A stretch of DNA of 64,000 nt, from the NCBI GenBank assembly GCA_000004985.1, contig GG738908.1; one strand, given 5' to 3'. Source of the stretch: Naegleria gruberi. Its lineage: Eukaryota. Position 1 is the first letter of the stretch. Every line of letters begins with the position of its first letter. Made by a program: the position numbers and the translations under genes. The notes beneath the pieces are model-generated. The model worked only from the letters and a program-made list of their open reading frames with translations. It was not told the origin of the DNA and searched no databases. This document shows, piece after piece, positions 22,234 to 33,623 of this stretch.

Positions 22234-22288
22234 ATTAAATTCAAACACTGATGAACTTTGCATGATCTAAATTAAATCAAAAAAAAAA

Positions 22289-22747
22289 ATGTCATCATTT
22301 AGTGATTTGCCTCCAGAGGTGCTCATTGAGATTTTCAACTTTCTCTCCATAAAACACCTCGGAACGATATTACAAATCGATCGGTCAACTCATAATATTG
22401 TAATGAATTCCAGAATTTTTTGGAGAAATTTATGGAATGAATATTACAATCGTCTTTTAATTCCAAATATGATGCTGGAGATTTTGGAGAAGAAATTTGA
22501 TGAAAATACAAATTCACCACAACAATTTATTGACTTGATAGAAATGAAGAAGGAAATGAAAGATGGAATTCTCAAGATTTTATCAGATTTGGAATTGGAT
22601 CGAAAAGAGTGTGAAAAATCGAGGGAAGAACATGAGCAAGAGTATGGATATGATGAAACCTCATTGTGGTGGATGGAAATTATTAATGGAATTGAAAGGG
22701 ATATGGAGCACTATGAGAATTTATTGAAATTGTTACAAGTTGACTAA
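22289..22747 (+). CDS. Small F-box domain protein
   Basis: A 152-aa ORF. The N-terminal LPPEVLIEIFNFLSIKHLGTILQIDRSTHNIV matches the F-box consensus (LP.E.L..IF..L....L......V.K.W). The C-terminus is acidic. Confidence 0.5.
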   Translation: MSSFSDLPPEVLIEIFNFLSIKHLGTILQIDRSTHNIVMNSRIFWRNLWNEYYNRLLIPNMMLEILEKKFDENTNSPQQFIDLIEMKKEMKDGILKILSDLELDRKECEKSREEHEQEYGYDETSLWWMEIINGIERDMEHYENLLKLLQVD

Positions 22748-22861
22748 ATATATATTTAATATTTTACAATGCAATTAATTTTTCCCCTGTACTCAAATAT
22801 ATATCATCATACTGATATTTAATTGTAACAGAGTAAGAAATTGAAATTGTTGTTTATTCAA

Positions 22862-23791
22862 TTAAATGTAATTATTTTTGTTGTAATACGAAACTGAAAC
22901 ATTCATTCCAAATCTAACATTTGCATACAATATATGAATATGATCGAGTTTTACACTTCTCAACTCTTTCATTTCACTAATTGCCTTGGAACCTTCCCTT
23001 TCAATATTTTCATTTCCATGAATGTATAAAGTTTTCAAGTTGACCAAGTTACTGAGATACTTTGCACCCTGAGTTTGAATTTGATTGTGATCAATGGTGA
23101 GGAGAGTTAGATTTTGCATTTTTCCAATAAATTTGGCGCCTTCATCTCCAATTTCGTTTAGTCTAATGTTTAGGTTTGTTAATTGGTTCAATTGACTAAG
23201 TGATTTGGCTCCTTCATCATTAATTCGATTGCAACTAATATTAAGAATAGTTAATTTTTGCAGTTGACTAATTGATTTTTCGCCTTCAAAATCACCAAGT
23301 AAATTATTGGAAATGTCTAGCTCTGTTAAATTTTTCAGTTGACCAATAAATTCTGCTCCTTGATAAATGCCATTTATAGAAATATTTAACGATGTTAAAT
23401 GTTCCAATTGACTAATTGATTTGGCTCCTTGAATTCCAATATTGTTATGATTTAGAGTAAGTTTTGTTACATTTTTCATCTTTCGTAAACTTTCGACTAG
23501 TTTCTTCCTTTCGAATAAAACTTGTTCAGCAAACTTGACCATTTCAAAACAATTTAAAAATTCGCTGTTATCAATCAACGTTTCCATCTCATCACTGATC
23601 ACATTAAATTCAATGGAAAATTTCGAATAGTTTCGGATAACATTCATCCATTGTTTGGAGACGAGTATACAATTCAACAAGACAAATTTATAATCATCAG
23701 ATAAATAGGAAAATATTTCTGTGCAAATTTCATCAGGAAATAATTTGTGGCTGTCTTGTTTTTCCATTTTTTTTAAAGTTTCTAATAACAT
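22862..23791 (-). CDS. F-box / leucine-rich-repeat (RNI-like) protein
   Basis: A 309-aa ORF. The F-box is LFPDEICTEIFSYLSDDYKFVLLNCILVSKQWMN. It is followed by about 7 LRRs of 24-28 aa (LTxLxIsxNxIGxxGAKxIsQL). The alternative ATG at 23767 has a better A-rich context. The last roughly 13 codons overlap a plus-strand 3'-UTR motif and may be spurious. Confidence 0.7.
   Translation of the reverse strand: MLLETLKKMEKQDSHKLFPDEICTEIFSYLSDDYKFVLLNCILVSKQWMNVIRNYSKFSIEFNVISDEMETLIDNSEFLNCFEMVKFAEQVLFERKKLVESLRKMKNVTKLTLNHNNIGIQGAKSISQLEHLTSLNISINGIYQGAEFIGQLKNLTELDISNNLLGDFEGEKSISQLQKLTILNISCNRINDEGAKSLSQLNQLTNLNIRLNEIGDEGAKFIGKMQNLTLLTIDHNQIQTQGAKYLSNLVNLKTLYIHGNENIEREGSKAISEMKELRSVKLDHIHILYANVRFGMNVSVSYYNKNNYI
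22876..22900 (+). repeat. Third copy of the motif (TTTTTGTTGTAATACGAAACTGAAAC), about 130 nt downstream of the F-box gene stop
   Basis: It matches 22/24 nt to the copies at 22168 and 22208 and is on the same strand. It overlaps the annotated C-terminus of the minus-strand F-box/LRR ORF. Confidence 0.45.
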
Positions 23792-24199
23792 TTTTAAACT
23801 AATTTCCTGTGACCTAGTTCATAAAAATAATATCTGATGAGAAATGAGAAAATCAAGGCACCAAATGCGAGAAAAGTAATTTGGTTGAATTTCGAAGAAA
23901 TTAAGGAAAAGGGCCGACTTTTGGCGGGAGAATCATGTGCTTCGTACACCATTATCAATGTCCTTAGTTGACCATTTTTGAATAATTTCGAAGGATTAAA
24001 AGTAATATCGATTAGCGAACTATCAATAATTTAAACAATTTCTGTGCTAAATGCAAGTTTTCACACTCGGTATGCGAAACTGTGTGAAAATGCAATAATT
24101 GAGCAAAAATTGAATTAATTGGTTGAGAATTAATAGAAAAAAATAAGAACACTTGAAAGATAGAAAAAGTGATATTGAAAGTTTTTAAAAAGTGTGAAA

Positions 24200-25205
24200 A
24201 TGAATGAGATTTTGCAGTTGACTCACGAATCGATCAAACATTTGGATGTTTTCATGTCGAATTATGTTCCTTACATGAAATCTAATATATCAACAGATTA
24301 TCCAGATGATAAATTATCAGAATTGAATTTCTTTGATGGTGGAATGGTGAAATTGTGGATTTTCATGTTGGAGAATTATTCACTCACGATGGTGACAATT
24401 GTCTTGCCATTTGTCATTTTGTTTTTGAATTATTTCATTCCTAGTGGATTGATGTGGTTGGTAGAGTGGTGCGACTTTGATTTTCTGAGGAAATATAAGA
24501 TTCAACCTGTAAGTAGTTAAATTTTTATTGGAAACCTTGACGAAACTATTTCAGAAAAGGAAAAATAGTGGAATGAAGATTGTTAAGGCAACATTCTATT
24601 TGTTATTCATTTACTTTTTGGTGATTCTTCCAATGTATGCAGTTGCTTTTCACTTTCTTACTCAAATTGACTACTTTAGTCTCGAAGTTTCGAATATCCC
24701 AAATTGGAAAGTTCTTCTCCTTCAATTAGCTTTCTGTTTCTTCATGGAAGACACAGCTCACTACTGGTTCCATAGGTGGCTTCACACACCATGGGCCTAT
24801 CACGTCATCCACAAAATCCATCACGAATTCGAATCTCCAACCATACTTTCCACTAGTTTCGCTCATCCCTTAGAAATCTTAATACTTGGATTCGCCACCT
24901 TTCTAGGACCTCTTCTTCTCCGTCCACATTTCCTTACCCTTTTAATCTTTGTCAACCTTAGACAATTGGCAGCTTGTGAAACTCATTCGGGCTTTGATTT
25001 CCCATTTTCTCCGAATAATTTGGCGCCAAACTTAATTGGAGGTGCAGATTTTCATGATTTTCATCATCGTAGATGTAGTGGAGTATTTTCATCGAATTTC
25101 ATGTGGTGGGATATTTGGTGTGGAACTTGTGGTGGATTCTTTGAGTGGAAACTCAAACAACAAAAGAAGAAACTAGCCGAATCGAATAAAATTCATCAAG
25201 AATAA
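24200..25205 (+). CDS. C-4 methylsterol oxidase (ERG25 / SC4MOL-like) fatty-acid-hydroxylase superfamily enzyme, 2 exons
   Basis: CDS join(24200..24508,24555..25205). The intron is GTAAGT...TTTCAG (46 nt, phase 0). It carries the histidine boxes HRWLH, HKIHHEF and HDFHHRR plus KYKIQP, AHPLEILILGF, THSGFDFPFSPNNL and SNFMWWD, which are strongly ERG25-like. Confidence 0.85.
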
Positions 25206-25318
25206 CCTTGTAAGCATCAGTGTTCAATACTAAACACTTGACAAATATGGAACTTTATAGTTCAATCCGGAGTTGTACTATTTCGGAGTTCACTTCCGTT
25301 AGCCACAAATTAAAAAAA

Positions 25319-28300
25319 ATGTCATCACCACAACATGCAACCCTGCTTCTCGCCTTTTTNNNNNNNNNNNNNNNNNNNNNNNNNNNNNNNNNNNNNNNNN
25401 NNNNNNNNNNNNNNNNNNNNNNNNNNNNNNNNNNNNNNNNNNNNNNNNNNNNNNNNNNNNNNNNNNNNNNNNNNNNNNNNNNNNNNNNNNNNNNNNNNNN
25501 NNNNNNNNNNNNNNNNNNNNNNNNNNNNNNNNNNNNNNNNNNNNNNNNNNNNNNNNNNNNNNNNNNNNNNNNNNNNNNNNNNNNNNNNNNNNNNNNNNNN
25601 NNNNNNNNNNNNNNNNNNNNNNNNNNNNNNNNNNNNNNNNNNNNNNNNNNNNNNNNNNNNNNNNNNNNNNNNNNNNNNNNNNNNNNNNNNNNNNNNNNNN
25701 NNNNNNNNNNNNNNNNNNNNNNNNNNNNNNNNNNNNNNNNNNNNNNNNNNNNNNNNNNNNNNNNNNNNNNNNNNNNNNNNNNNNNNNNNNNNNNNNNNNN
25801 NNNNNNNNNNNNNNNNNNNNNNNNNNNNNNNNNNNNNNNNNNNNNNNNNNNNNNNNNNNNNNNNNNNNNNNNNNNNNNNNNNNNNNNNNNNNNNNNNNNN
25901 NNNNNNNNNNNNNNNNNNNNNNNNNNNNNNNNNNNNNNNNNNNNNNNNNNNNNNNNNNNNNNNNNNNNNNNNNNNNNNNNNNNNNNNNNNNNNNNNNNNN
26001 NNNNNNNNNNNNNNNNNNNNNNNNNNNNNNNNNNNNNNNNNNNNNNNNNNNNNNNNNNNNNNNNNNNNNNNNNNNNNNNNNNNNNNNNNNNNNNNNNNNN
26101 TATTGATGGTATCAATTCTTTCACAATTACTGGCTCTACATTTGCAAACAATTCCAAATTACACATGACAACTGTTTTCAGCTCTACCTTGAGAGGTTTG
26201 ACTTTTGAGGGAAATGAAAATGTTCTTTCTGCGAAAGGAATTGGTTCTTTTACATTGGAGCATTCAAATTTTACTCGCAATGGTAATCCAATTTATATTT
26301 CAGGAAATCAATTGACAAATCAATTTAGAAAAATTAGTTTTTGTTTATTTGAGGACAATTGGTCAACCAGCAATGGTCTTATAACATTGGAACAGTTTCC
26401 CACACATGTGGAATTTAACAATTTCAGAAATAATTGGGCAGTGAATGGAGGAATAATTTATGCAACTAGTTCCATAATTACTTTGGATAAAAATCAGTTT
26501 GTGGATACTTATGCAAGATTCATTGAAGGTTGTTTAGTTGATAATTGTGGAAATGGAGGAATTGCCTATATTTCTAATACTATTTTGTACATGTCCAATC
26601 TCATTATTCAAAATACTCAAGCAATTAGAGGAGGAATTGTTTATTCTGAGGGAAATTCTCGAATTCAAACCCAAAATTGTGATATTTCAGATAATATTGC
26701 TTCTTTGGCTGGTAATTTATTTTACTTTGGAGATGTTATTGATTTTAATGCCCAAAATTATTCGAAATCTGACCTGAGTTCGAGGAAAACAACTCGAGCA
26801 CTTTGGAGAACGGAATCTAGTCAACCTTACGATAATCAACGAATTGCCATCCAACCCGGGCAAACAATACAATTGGATTTTGAGTATTTTGACATGTTTG
26901 ACAACAGATTCAATAGAACAAATTCTGCTCCAATTATTAAGGCAAGTGATTCATCCAACATTCTTGTATCCCTCGTTTCAATTGATCCACTTTCCAATAC
27001 TGACTTTAAATTCTTCTTGCAAGTGTCAGAAACTTCAAAAAGCTCAAATATTTCAGTATATCTCCCATTCCATGACTTTACATTTGAGATTGATATTGAT
27101 ATTATTGGATGCCCTTTTGATTATGGTTTATCACCACTTTTAAATTCACACTACAACGTGTGTGTCTATAGAGGTTATATTATAATTGTATTCTCCTCTA
27201 TTGGCATTGCAATCATTCTACTGGTTGCAATTTATTTATTGATCTATGTTGTTAAGAGATTACTCAAATTGAGAAAGAAGGAAATGACTGAAAAGGAAAT
27301 TGCACAAAAGATTATTGATAAGAATTTTGTTTTTTCTATCAATACTGATAATGAGCACACTCCATTATTATCAAAACTGGAAGTTGCCAAGATTAGTAAT
27401 ATCTTAATTCCAATTGAGGATATTGAAATCATCAAAAGAATTGGAGAAGGAGCTAATGGTACTGTATACTTAGCTAAATGGCAAGGAAATCGTGTAGCTC
27501 TAAAAAGTTTAAAATTCGAAAGGGATAGCACTGACTTTGAAAATGAAGCATCTCTCCTTAATAATTTGAGACATCCTTCTATTGTGAGATTTTATGGAAT
27601 TGTAGTGTCTTCTTCAGTTAAATACATGGTTACAGAGTTTGTGGAAAATGGAAGTTTGGATGCAGCCATTCATAATTCCAAAATTGGAAAGAAGAAACTT
27701 GATTTACAAACAAAATTACAAATTTTGAGAGGAATTGCAAATGGAATGAACTATCTTCATAATTTGAAAACTCCATGTCTTCACAGAGATTTGAAATGTC
27801 AAAATATTCTTCTCAATTCCAACATGGAACCAAAGGTTACAGATTTTGGATTGTCAAAATTGACTTTAAATTCAATGACATTGACTTGCAATATTGGAAC
27901 AGCTCTTTACATGGTAAGTTTTCAAATTTAAGAGAGTTAAACCGAGTCAATCATTGTAAAGTCTCCTGAATTATTTGGAAGTGGTTACAAAATTTCATAC
28001 AAATTGGACGTTTACAGTTTCTCCATCATCATGTACGAATTATTCTTTGAGGAAACTCCATTCTTTAGCTCATCAGCCAAGATGAGAAAATTTATCATTT
28101 CATCCACTGAACAATCACCAGAAGATGATCATGATACAATGAATTTTGGTTTTGCAATTCCAGTAAAAGTTTCGAAAGGAGAACGGCCAATGCTTCCCTG
28201 GACTAATGATGAGGAATGTGAAATGTGGATTAAGGAATTTATAGAACCCTATGAAGGAGGAGGAGGAGGAAATAATAGTAGTAGCAAAAGATCTTCATCC

Positions 28301-28441
28301 CTATTGAAAGTATTGCAAGTTAGCTTACAATATATTAACTTGATGAAGGAATGTTGGAGTCAGGATCCAAATCAAAGACCGAACTTTTCCCAAATTGAGA
28401 CGGAATTATTCAACATGATCAATGAAATTTCCAACCAATAA
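25319..28441 (+). CDS. Transmembrane receptor-like protein kinase with a parallel beta-helix-repeat ectodomain; contains a 741-nt assembly gap; 2 or more exons
   Basis: The start MSSPQHATLLLAF (signal peptide, aaaaaaaATG) runs into the gap 25360-26100. After the gap come repeats of about 22 aa rich in N/G/I/T (...NGGIIYATSSIITLDKNQF... NGGIAYISNTILYMSNLII... RGGIVYSEGNSRIQ), then a TM helix (YIIIVFSSIGIAIILLVAIYLLIYVV), then the kinase (IGEGANGTVY, VALK, HRDLKCQNILL, DFGLSK). The intron 27914-27961 (GTAAGT...TAAAG) splits ALYM|SPELFGSGY, and the CDS continues to 28441 (DVYSFSIIMYEL... CWSQDPNQRP). Confidence 0.75.
25360..26100. other. Assembly gap (741 N) inside the receptor kinase gene
   Basis: Run of n. 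The all-X ORFs in the six-frame track here are artefacts. Confidence 1.
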
Positions 28442-28515
28442 ATTATTCTCCTTCAACTATTTAATATATTTAATATATTTAAAATTTAATACTTAATATT
28501 TAATTATTAAAAAAA

Positions 28516-30180
28516 ATGTTTAAACAACAAATAGTGAAAAGAACATTATCAAGCAGACTGCTTTGTACCCTCATTAAACAATCCAAATCATCATCATCTC
28601 TAGTTATTAATCCTTCCCTTTCATTCCGTAATTTTTCTCTCATCAACAATAAGAATACAACACAAACAACAACATCAACATCAAACTCTAAAAACGAACC
28701 TCCACAAACAACATCAAACAACACTAACACTACTACTGGTGAGGATAAACAAGTCTTTCTATCACTTGATCCGGAAACTAGAACTCTCACACTTGCCAAT
28801 GAAAGAAATTTAAAAGTAGCCTTGAAGGAAACTCAAGAAAAGGTTTCAAAGGTTACGCAAACTTTTAGAACATTATTGCAGAATGCTTGGATTTTCAAGG
28901 CTTTTTCTATAATTTGTGTGTTGGGATTGTTGGTTTTGGAGGAGTACTTTAAATTGTCTCGTGTTGAACAGGAGTTTACTACAACAATTTCTGCTGAGGA
29001 GAGGGACCATTTTGAGAGATCTATTGAGAGAAAGAAGGAAGAGGAAGAGTTGGAGCAATTTGCATTGCATAGTGTCAATCAATATAGTATGATTTATGGA
29101 CAAAGGTTTGTTGTTAATTGTAATGATATTGATTGATTGATTTACTGTTTAATTTTGATATTATGTGATTTTGATTTTGGATTTTGATAATACTGATTGA
29201 TCTATCAATTAATAATAATCAAATTTGATTTGGATTGAATTTCATGAAATTAAAGTGGAAGTGGAAAGACTGAACTTTGTAGAAGATTAATTTATAGAGC
29301 CAAAAGGCAAGGAATTCCTGTCTTTTATTCATCAGCATCAGAAAGACAATACGAAGCTAGATTGAAGACCGAATTGGGTTATTTCACATTTGTTACTCAA
29401 TTCTTCCACTATGTTAAAAAAGCTTTGAGTGTCGATTCATCCAGTGATATTTTGAAAGATTTGGAAAGAGTTGGCAACGAAGTTAAGAAAAAGACAGGAA
29501 AGAGACCAATTATGATTATTGATAATGCTCATCAACTTGTTGCCAATCCAGACAGTGAACAATTTTTGAGGAATTTGCAAGAATTAGCTAAGAGAATGGC
29601 TGATCAAGAAGCTCTCAATGTTATCTTTGTGGTGACACTTGATGGTGCTAAAACTGTTCAAAGAGAACTTTTAAAGAGAGAATTTTCTAGTAGAATGAGA
29701 GTTTATGGAGTTGGAGAAATGACTAAAGATGAAGCAATTAAATATTTGGATACAAAGTTTGGAGTTACTGATCCAAAGCAAATTTCCGACATTTTCCAAG
29801 TTGCTGGTTGCGTTCCAAAGTACTTGAACTGTTACAATCAACTCTCACAAATCACATCATCAATTACTGAGGCCTTTATCTCAGCAAAGGTCGATCCATT
29901 GTTCAATGGACCTTTTAGGGAAATTGCCAAAGCAATTCTAGAAAATGGTTCTGTTGATATTCATGATTTTGAAGCCAAAACACCTGCCACAGAAGTTATT
30001 GATTATCAACATGTTGTCCTTCAATCAACACCACACCCAGTTCGTACCTTGTTAGAAGATAACATTATCTTCACACGTAACGAACGAAAGGTTGTTTTCA
30101 AAAATTCAGGAATTGAAAACTATGTCAAAAACATTGTAAATGGGAACAGGAAAGAACTGTCCAATACCAGCAACAAATAA
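28516..30180 (+). CDS. P-loop NTPase (AAA/STAND-like) with an N-terminal mitochondrial-presequence-like region and a TM segment; 2 exons
   Basis: Proposed CDS join(28516..29105,29256..30180). Joining gives ...MIYGQ|SGSGKTELCRRL, that is Walker A GQSGSGKT. The Walker B-like motif is RPIMIIDNAHQL. The intron is 150 nt with a weak GTTTGT donor and an AAATTAAAG acceptor. The N-terminus MFKQQIVKRTLSSRLLCTLIK is basic and hydroxylated, like a mitochondrial presequence. Confidence 0.5.
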
Positions 30181-30306
30181 CATTTTGCCTTAATGAACGA
30201 GCGAAGAACTTTCTAATTATTTTCCTATTCTCACACAAATCAGACAGATCAGTTGTGTAACATCAATCACAAAAAACCAAAAAATCAAATAGAAAAAATA
30301 TCAACA

Positions 30307-30879
30307 ATGACAGAATCTGAATTTTACAGCTTTGTTGTGCCAGATGCTCAAGGCAATGACGTTAAACTCTCCGACTACAAGGGAAAGGTAGTGATGGTTG
30401 TGAATGTTGCCAGCAGTTGTGGTAAAACACCTCAATATGCAGGATTGCAAAAGTTATATGAAAAGTACAAGGATCAAGGATTGGAAATTTTGGCATTCCC
30501 TTGCAATCAATTTGCTTTCCAAGTAAGTTGTCATCCCGATCATCAATTTAATTACTTTAATGATAATTATTATTCCGATCAATTTAATATAATAATTAAT
30601 TAATAGGAAAGAGGATCTAATGAAGAAATTTGTACATTCACAAGAGACAAGTACAAGGTGACTTTCAAAATGTTTGCCAAAACAACTGTCAATGGAGGTG
30701 ATACTATTCCTCTCTACCAGTACTTGAAGAAGGAAGGAGAAGGTTCTCTCTTCAATGCCATCAAGTGGAATTTTACTAAATTCTTGGTTTCTAAAAGTGG
30801 AAAGGTCTTACAAAGATATTCTCCAAATACTGAACCTGAAGATATGGAAGAAGATATCAAGAAATTACTTGCTGAATAA
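30307..30879 (+). CDS. Glutathione peroxidase (Cys-type, non-selenium), 2 exons
   Basis: CDS join(30307..30522,30607..30879). The intron is GTAAGT...TTAATAG (84 nt, phase 0). Motifs are [14 protein letters not shown] (catalytic Cys in the NVAS.CG.T motif), [11 protein letters not shown]|ERGSNEEI and KWNFTKFLV. The product is about 163 aa, typical GPx size. Confidence 0.9.
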
Positions 30880-30887
30880 TTTATAAA

Positions 30888-32228
30888 TTATTTCTTTTTC
30901 AATCTTTCAATTTCACGTTTCAACTCTTCATTCTCTTTTAAGAGTTGCTGTGTTTGCATGCTAATTCTAATTTCTTCATCGATTAATTGTCTCAACTTTT
31001 GAGGATGAAGCATTTTAGGATTTTGTTCTGTATTATTTCCTCTATTTTCCAATAATTGAGATTTGATAATGCCAAAAAGCTGATTTCTCAATCGCCCTAC
31101 ATCACTATTAGTGTGGCCAAGGTGTCTTCTCAGTTTAGCTTCTATTATTTCACTCAACTTTTCAGGTGTGATCATTTCAATAAACTCAACCTTGGATAAT
31201 TTCTCCACTGCCTTGCTCCAATCATTTCTACAATAATTTACAAAGATTGCCCAATCTTCTGATTCACGTTTGTATCTAATTTTGGTAGAGTTAGTGGTTC
31301 TCTTCTTGTCATGTTGTTCAATCATATCTTTGAGCATTTTAGTTGCAGCTTCTCCCTTCCTTTTCCATACTTGCAAATTCTCAATGGTTGTGCTTGTTGT
31401 GAATCGGTATGTTATTGTATTGTTCTTGCCAGATCGTGCTTCAGTTGTGAAATAGTTGAGGAAAATATCACAAATGCAATCTGAATTGAAAGCGATCATT
31501 TCCTTATACAGTTTAGCTTGATCAAAAACGAGTTTCTCTTTCTTTTTGGTGGAATATGATTGTCCCTCTTCAGATTTAACATCACTCTTATAATCTTCAA
31601 TTTCATTGACATATCTTATTGGAAGAACAGCAACATCTTCACCAAATTCAATCATTACACAAAGACTAGGATCATCCAAAGTGTCAATCCAATAACTCAA
31701 AGCCAAATCAACCTGATAGAGGTAACCATTCAAACTGGCAGTAGCATCTCTCTTATCAAAGAAGAATTCCTTTCCAATTTCATAGAGAATTGGCTTATCT
31801 TCCACCTTTGAAAAGGAACCAACAATTTCATTGAACTTTTTCGAATAGGTTTGCCAATCACCAGTTACCTGTGCCTTGAACTCGAATTCTACTTGTTTAG
31901 CAACCTTCTTTCCAAATGTAAAGACATTCGAAATCCTTCCAATAGTATTCTCTTTCTTTTGGTTTGCCGATTTGGTCGTCATCAACTGATCATAGACAAA
32001 ACTTGGAAAACTCTTTTGATCAACTGTTTCCTGTCCAGCATCATCATTAATCTTGGCCACCAAAACCATTTGCAACTCATTCTTTGTCTTGTCATAATTG
32101 TACTTGGTCAAACATTCCAATTCTACTTTAACAGTTCCGACTCGTGCAAAATTAAATTCCAAAAATCTATTTCGTGATGTCGTTTCTGTGCTGAATATTA
32201 ATTTTACATCGGATGATTTGCCAGCCAC
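30888..32228 (-). CDS. Hypothetical protein with a C-terminal coiled-coil
   Basis: An intronless 446-aa ORF with no recognisable domain. The C-terminal 40 aa are heptad-like (LIDEEIRISMQTQQLLKENEELKREIERLKKK). Its stop lies only 8 bp from the stop of the convergent GPx gene. Confidence 0.5.
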   Translation of the reverse strand: MAGKSSDVKLIFSTETTSRNRFLEFNFARVGTVKVELECLTKYNYDKTKNELQMVLVAKINDDAGQETVDQKSFPSFVYDQLMTTKSANQKKENTIGRISNVFTFGKKVAKQVEFEFKAQVTGDWQTYSKKFNEIVGSFSKVEDKPILYEIGKEFFFDKRDATASLNGYLYQVDLALSYWIDTLDDPSLCVMIEFGEDVAVLPIRYVNEIEDYKSDVKSEEGQSYSTKKKEKLVFDQAKLYKEMIAFNSDCICDIFLNYFTTEARSGKNNTITYRFTTSTTIENLQVWKRKGEAATKMLKDMIEQHDKKRTTNSTKIRYKRESEDWAIFVNYCRNDWSKAVEKLSKVEFIEMITPEKLSEIIEAKLRRHLGHTNSDVGRLRNQLFGIIKSQLLENRGNNTEQNPKMLHPQKLRQLIDEEIRISMQTQQLLKENEELKREIERLKKK

Positions 32229-32566
32229 ATAGTAGGTGCAGGTGAAGTGAGCAGAGACATTTTTTTGTGTTTTGTTGCTGTGAATTCACGTTCTGCAAGT
32301 TGTTACTTTTTTACCTTTTTAAATCTTTGTGTGAACAAGAATTCTTGTCTGATACAAATCCAGTTTCACTTGGGTTTGTTGTGCAGTAAAATTTTACATG
32401 AGGGAACATTTCTTCTTGTTTGGATCTTTGGAATTGAGGAGGACTGGAAGGAATTTTTGTAAATTAATGAGTTTGATCTTGTTAAGGGTTTGTATGGTGA
32501 GTTCTCTGACTTGTTCTCTTTCGTATAGGTTACATTCCATTATGGTGGGATCTGTAATGCTAAATT

Positions 32567-33518
32567 TCAAAAGATATTCACGTAAACGTTTTGTAAAATA
32601 TGTCTTGAACTTTTCGAATAGTTCTGGTCCTTTCCTCCATAGTGAATTCCAAACGAAATAATATATCTATCCATTGTAATTCTAGAAAGTTTGAACAATT
32701 TTTCAAATCCTCCAAAACCATTATTTACCAGTGAATCAAAATCTTGCTCGGCACTATAAACTACCACTGTGAAAATCATTGCATGATTAGTCTTGAGATA
32801 CTGCTCAATCATTGCTGTGAAATCCTCAGAAAAAACAGCCGAAAATATACTGAAATATTGTCCATTCAATCTAGTTCTATACACATCAGGACACGAAGGA
32901 TCATATCCCTCAACAAAGTATCCTCCACACAATTGAGAACAAAATCCCTCTGCGTAGACATATCCCTCATTACTTGCACTAATCAATCGTGGAATGAATC
33001 CTTCCTTCTTATCATCATCACTTGGCAAATACAATTCATCATTCAAATATTCCCTCGGAAGCAAGTTTGTATGTTTTTCATAGAATTTGATATGAAAATA
33101 GGCTCGCATCAGTTTTCTCTTTCCTACAAATTCTTTTTGAAAACTTTCCATTCTAAATAGACTAACATGACATGAATCGGCATCATCTCTTGTTGTATAA
33201 CTATTATTATTATTGCTATTGTTATTTAAATTATTATTTAATTGATGATCCTGATGACGAATTAATTGTGTTTTGTATTCTCGTTCAAAGAGTTTGATCC
33301 AAAATTCATCACAATTTTCGAAAATTCCATAGATGTATTTGCAGGATAATAAAAGGCTAGCTAGATCGCCTCCATTTCCATTCTGTTTGTTGTGGTTGTG
33401 GCTATCGGAATGTTGTTGTATAGTAAAATATGTTGTTAGGAAGGATCCGATAACATCAGTAAATAATTCGCTTCCGACTTTTTCGTACCATTTTGATGAA
33501 GATGACATTTTTTCAAAT
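32567..33518 (-). CDS. Hypothetical protein
   Basis: A roughly 317-aa ORF starting at MSSSSKWYEKV (aaaaaATG context). The longer ORF extension to 33679 overlaps the divergent neighbour's start region and is probably not coding. No domain recognised. It has an Asn-rich internal stretch. Confidence 0.4.
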
Positions 33519-33623
33519 GAATTTTTTTTATTAATTTTTGAAAATATTGATAACGGTAACTTTCCAAAAATGAAACTCAATATTCGCGCCACTTTGCACC
33601 AGTTTAAAAATTTCAAAAAAAAA

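Noticed and set aside
25255-26280. Long ORFs composed almost entirely of X residues across 25255-26280 and 58882-62952 in the six-frame track
   Set aside because: They are translations of N-runs (assembly gaps), not sequence.
6940-32620. Apparent over-representation of the octamer TTCGAATA(G), about 8 or more occurrences
   Set aside because: Copies occur both within coding sequence and in spacers, in both orientations. The excess is modest and may simply reflect AT-bias and codon usage. I could not establish any positional rule.
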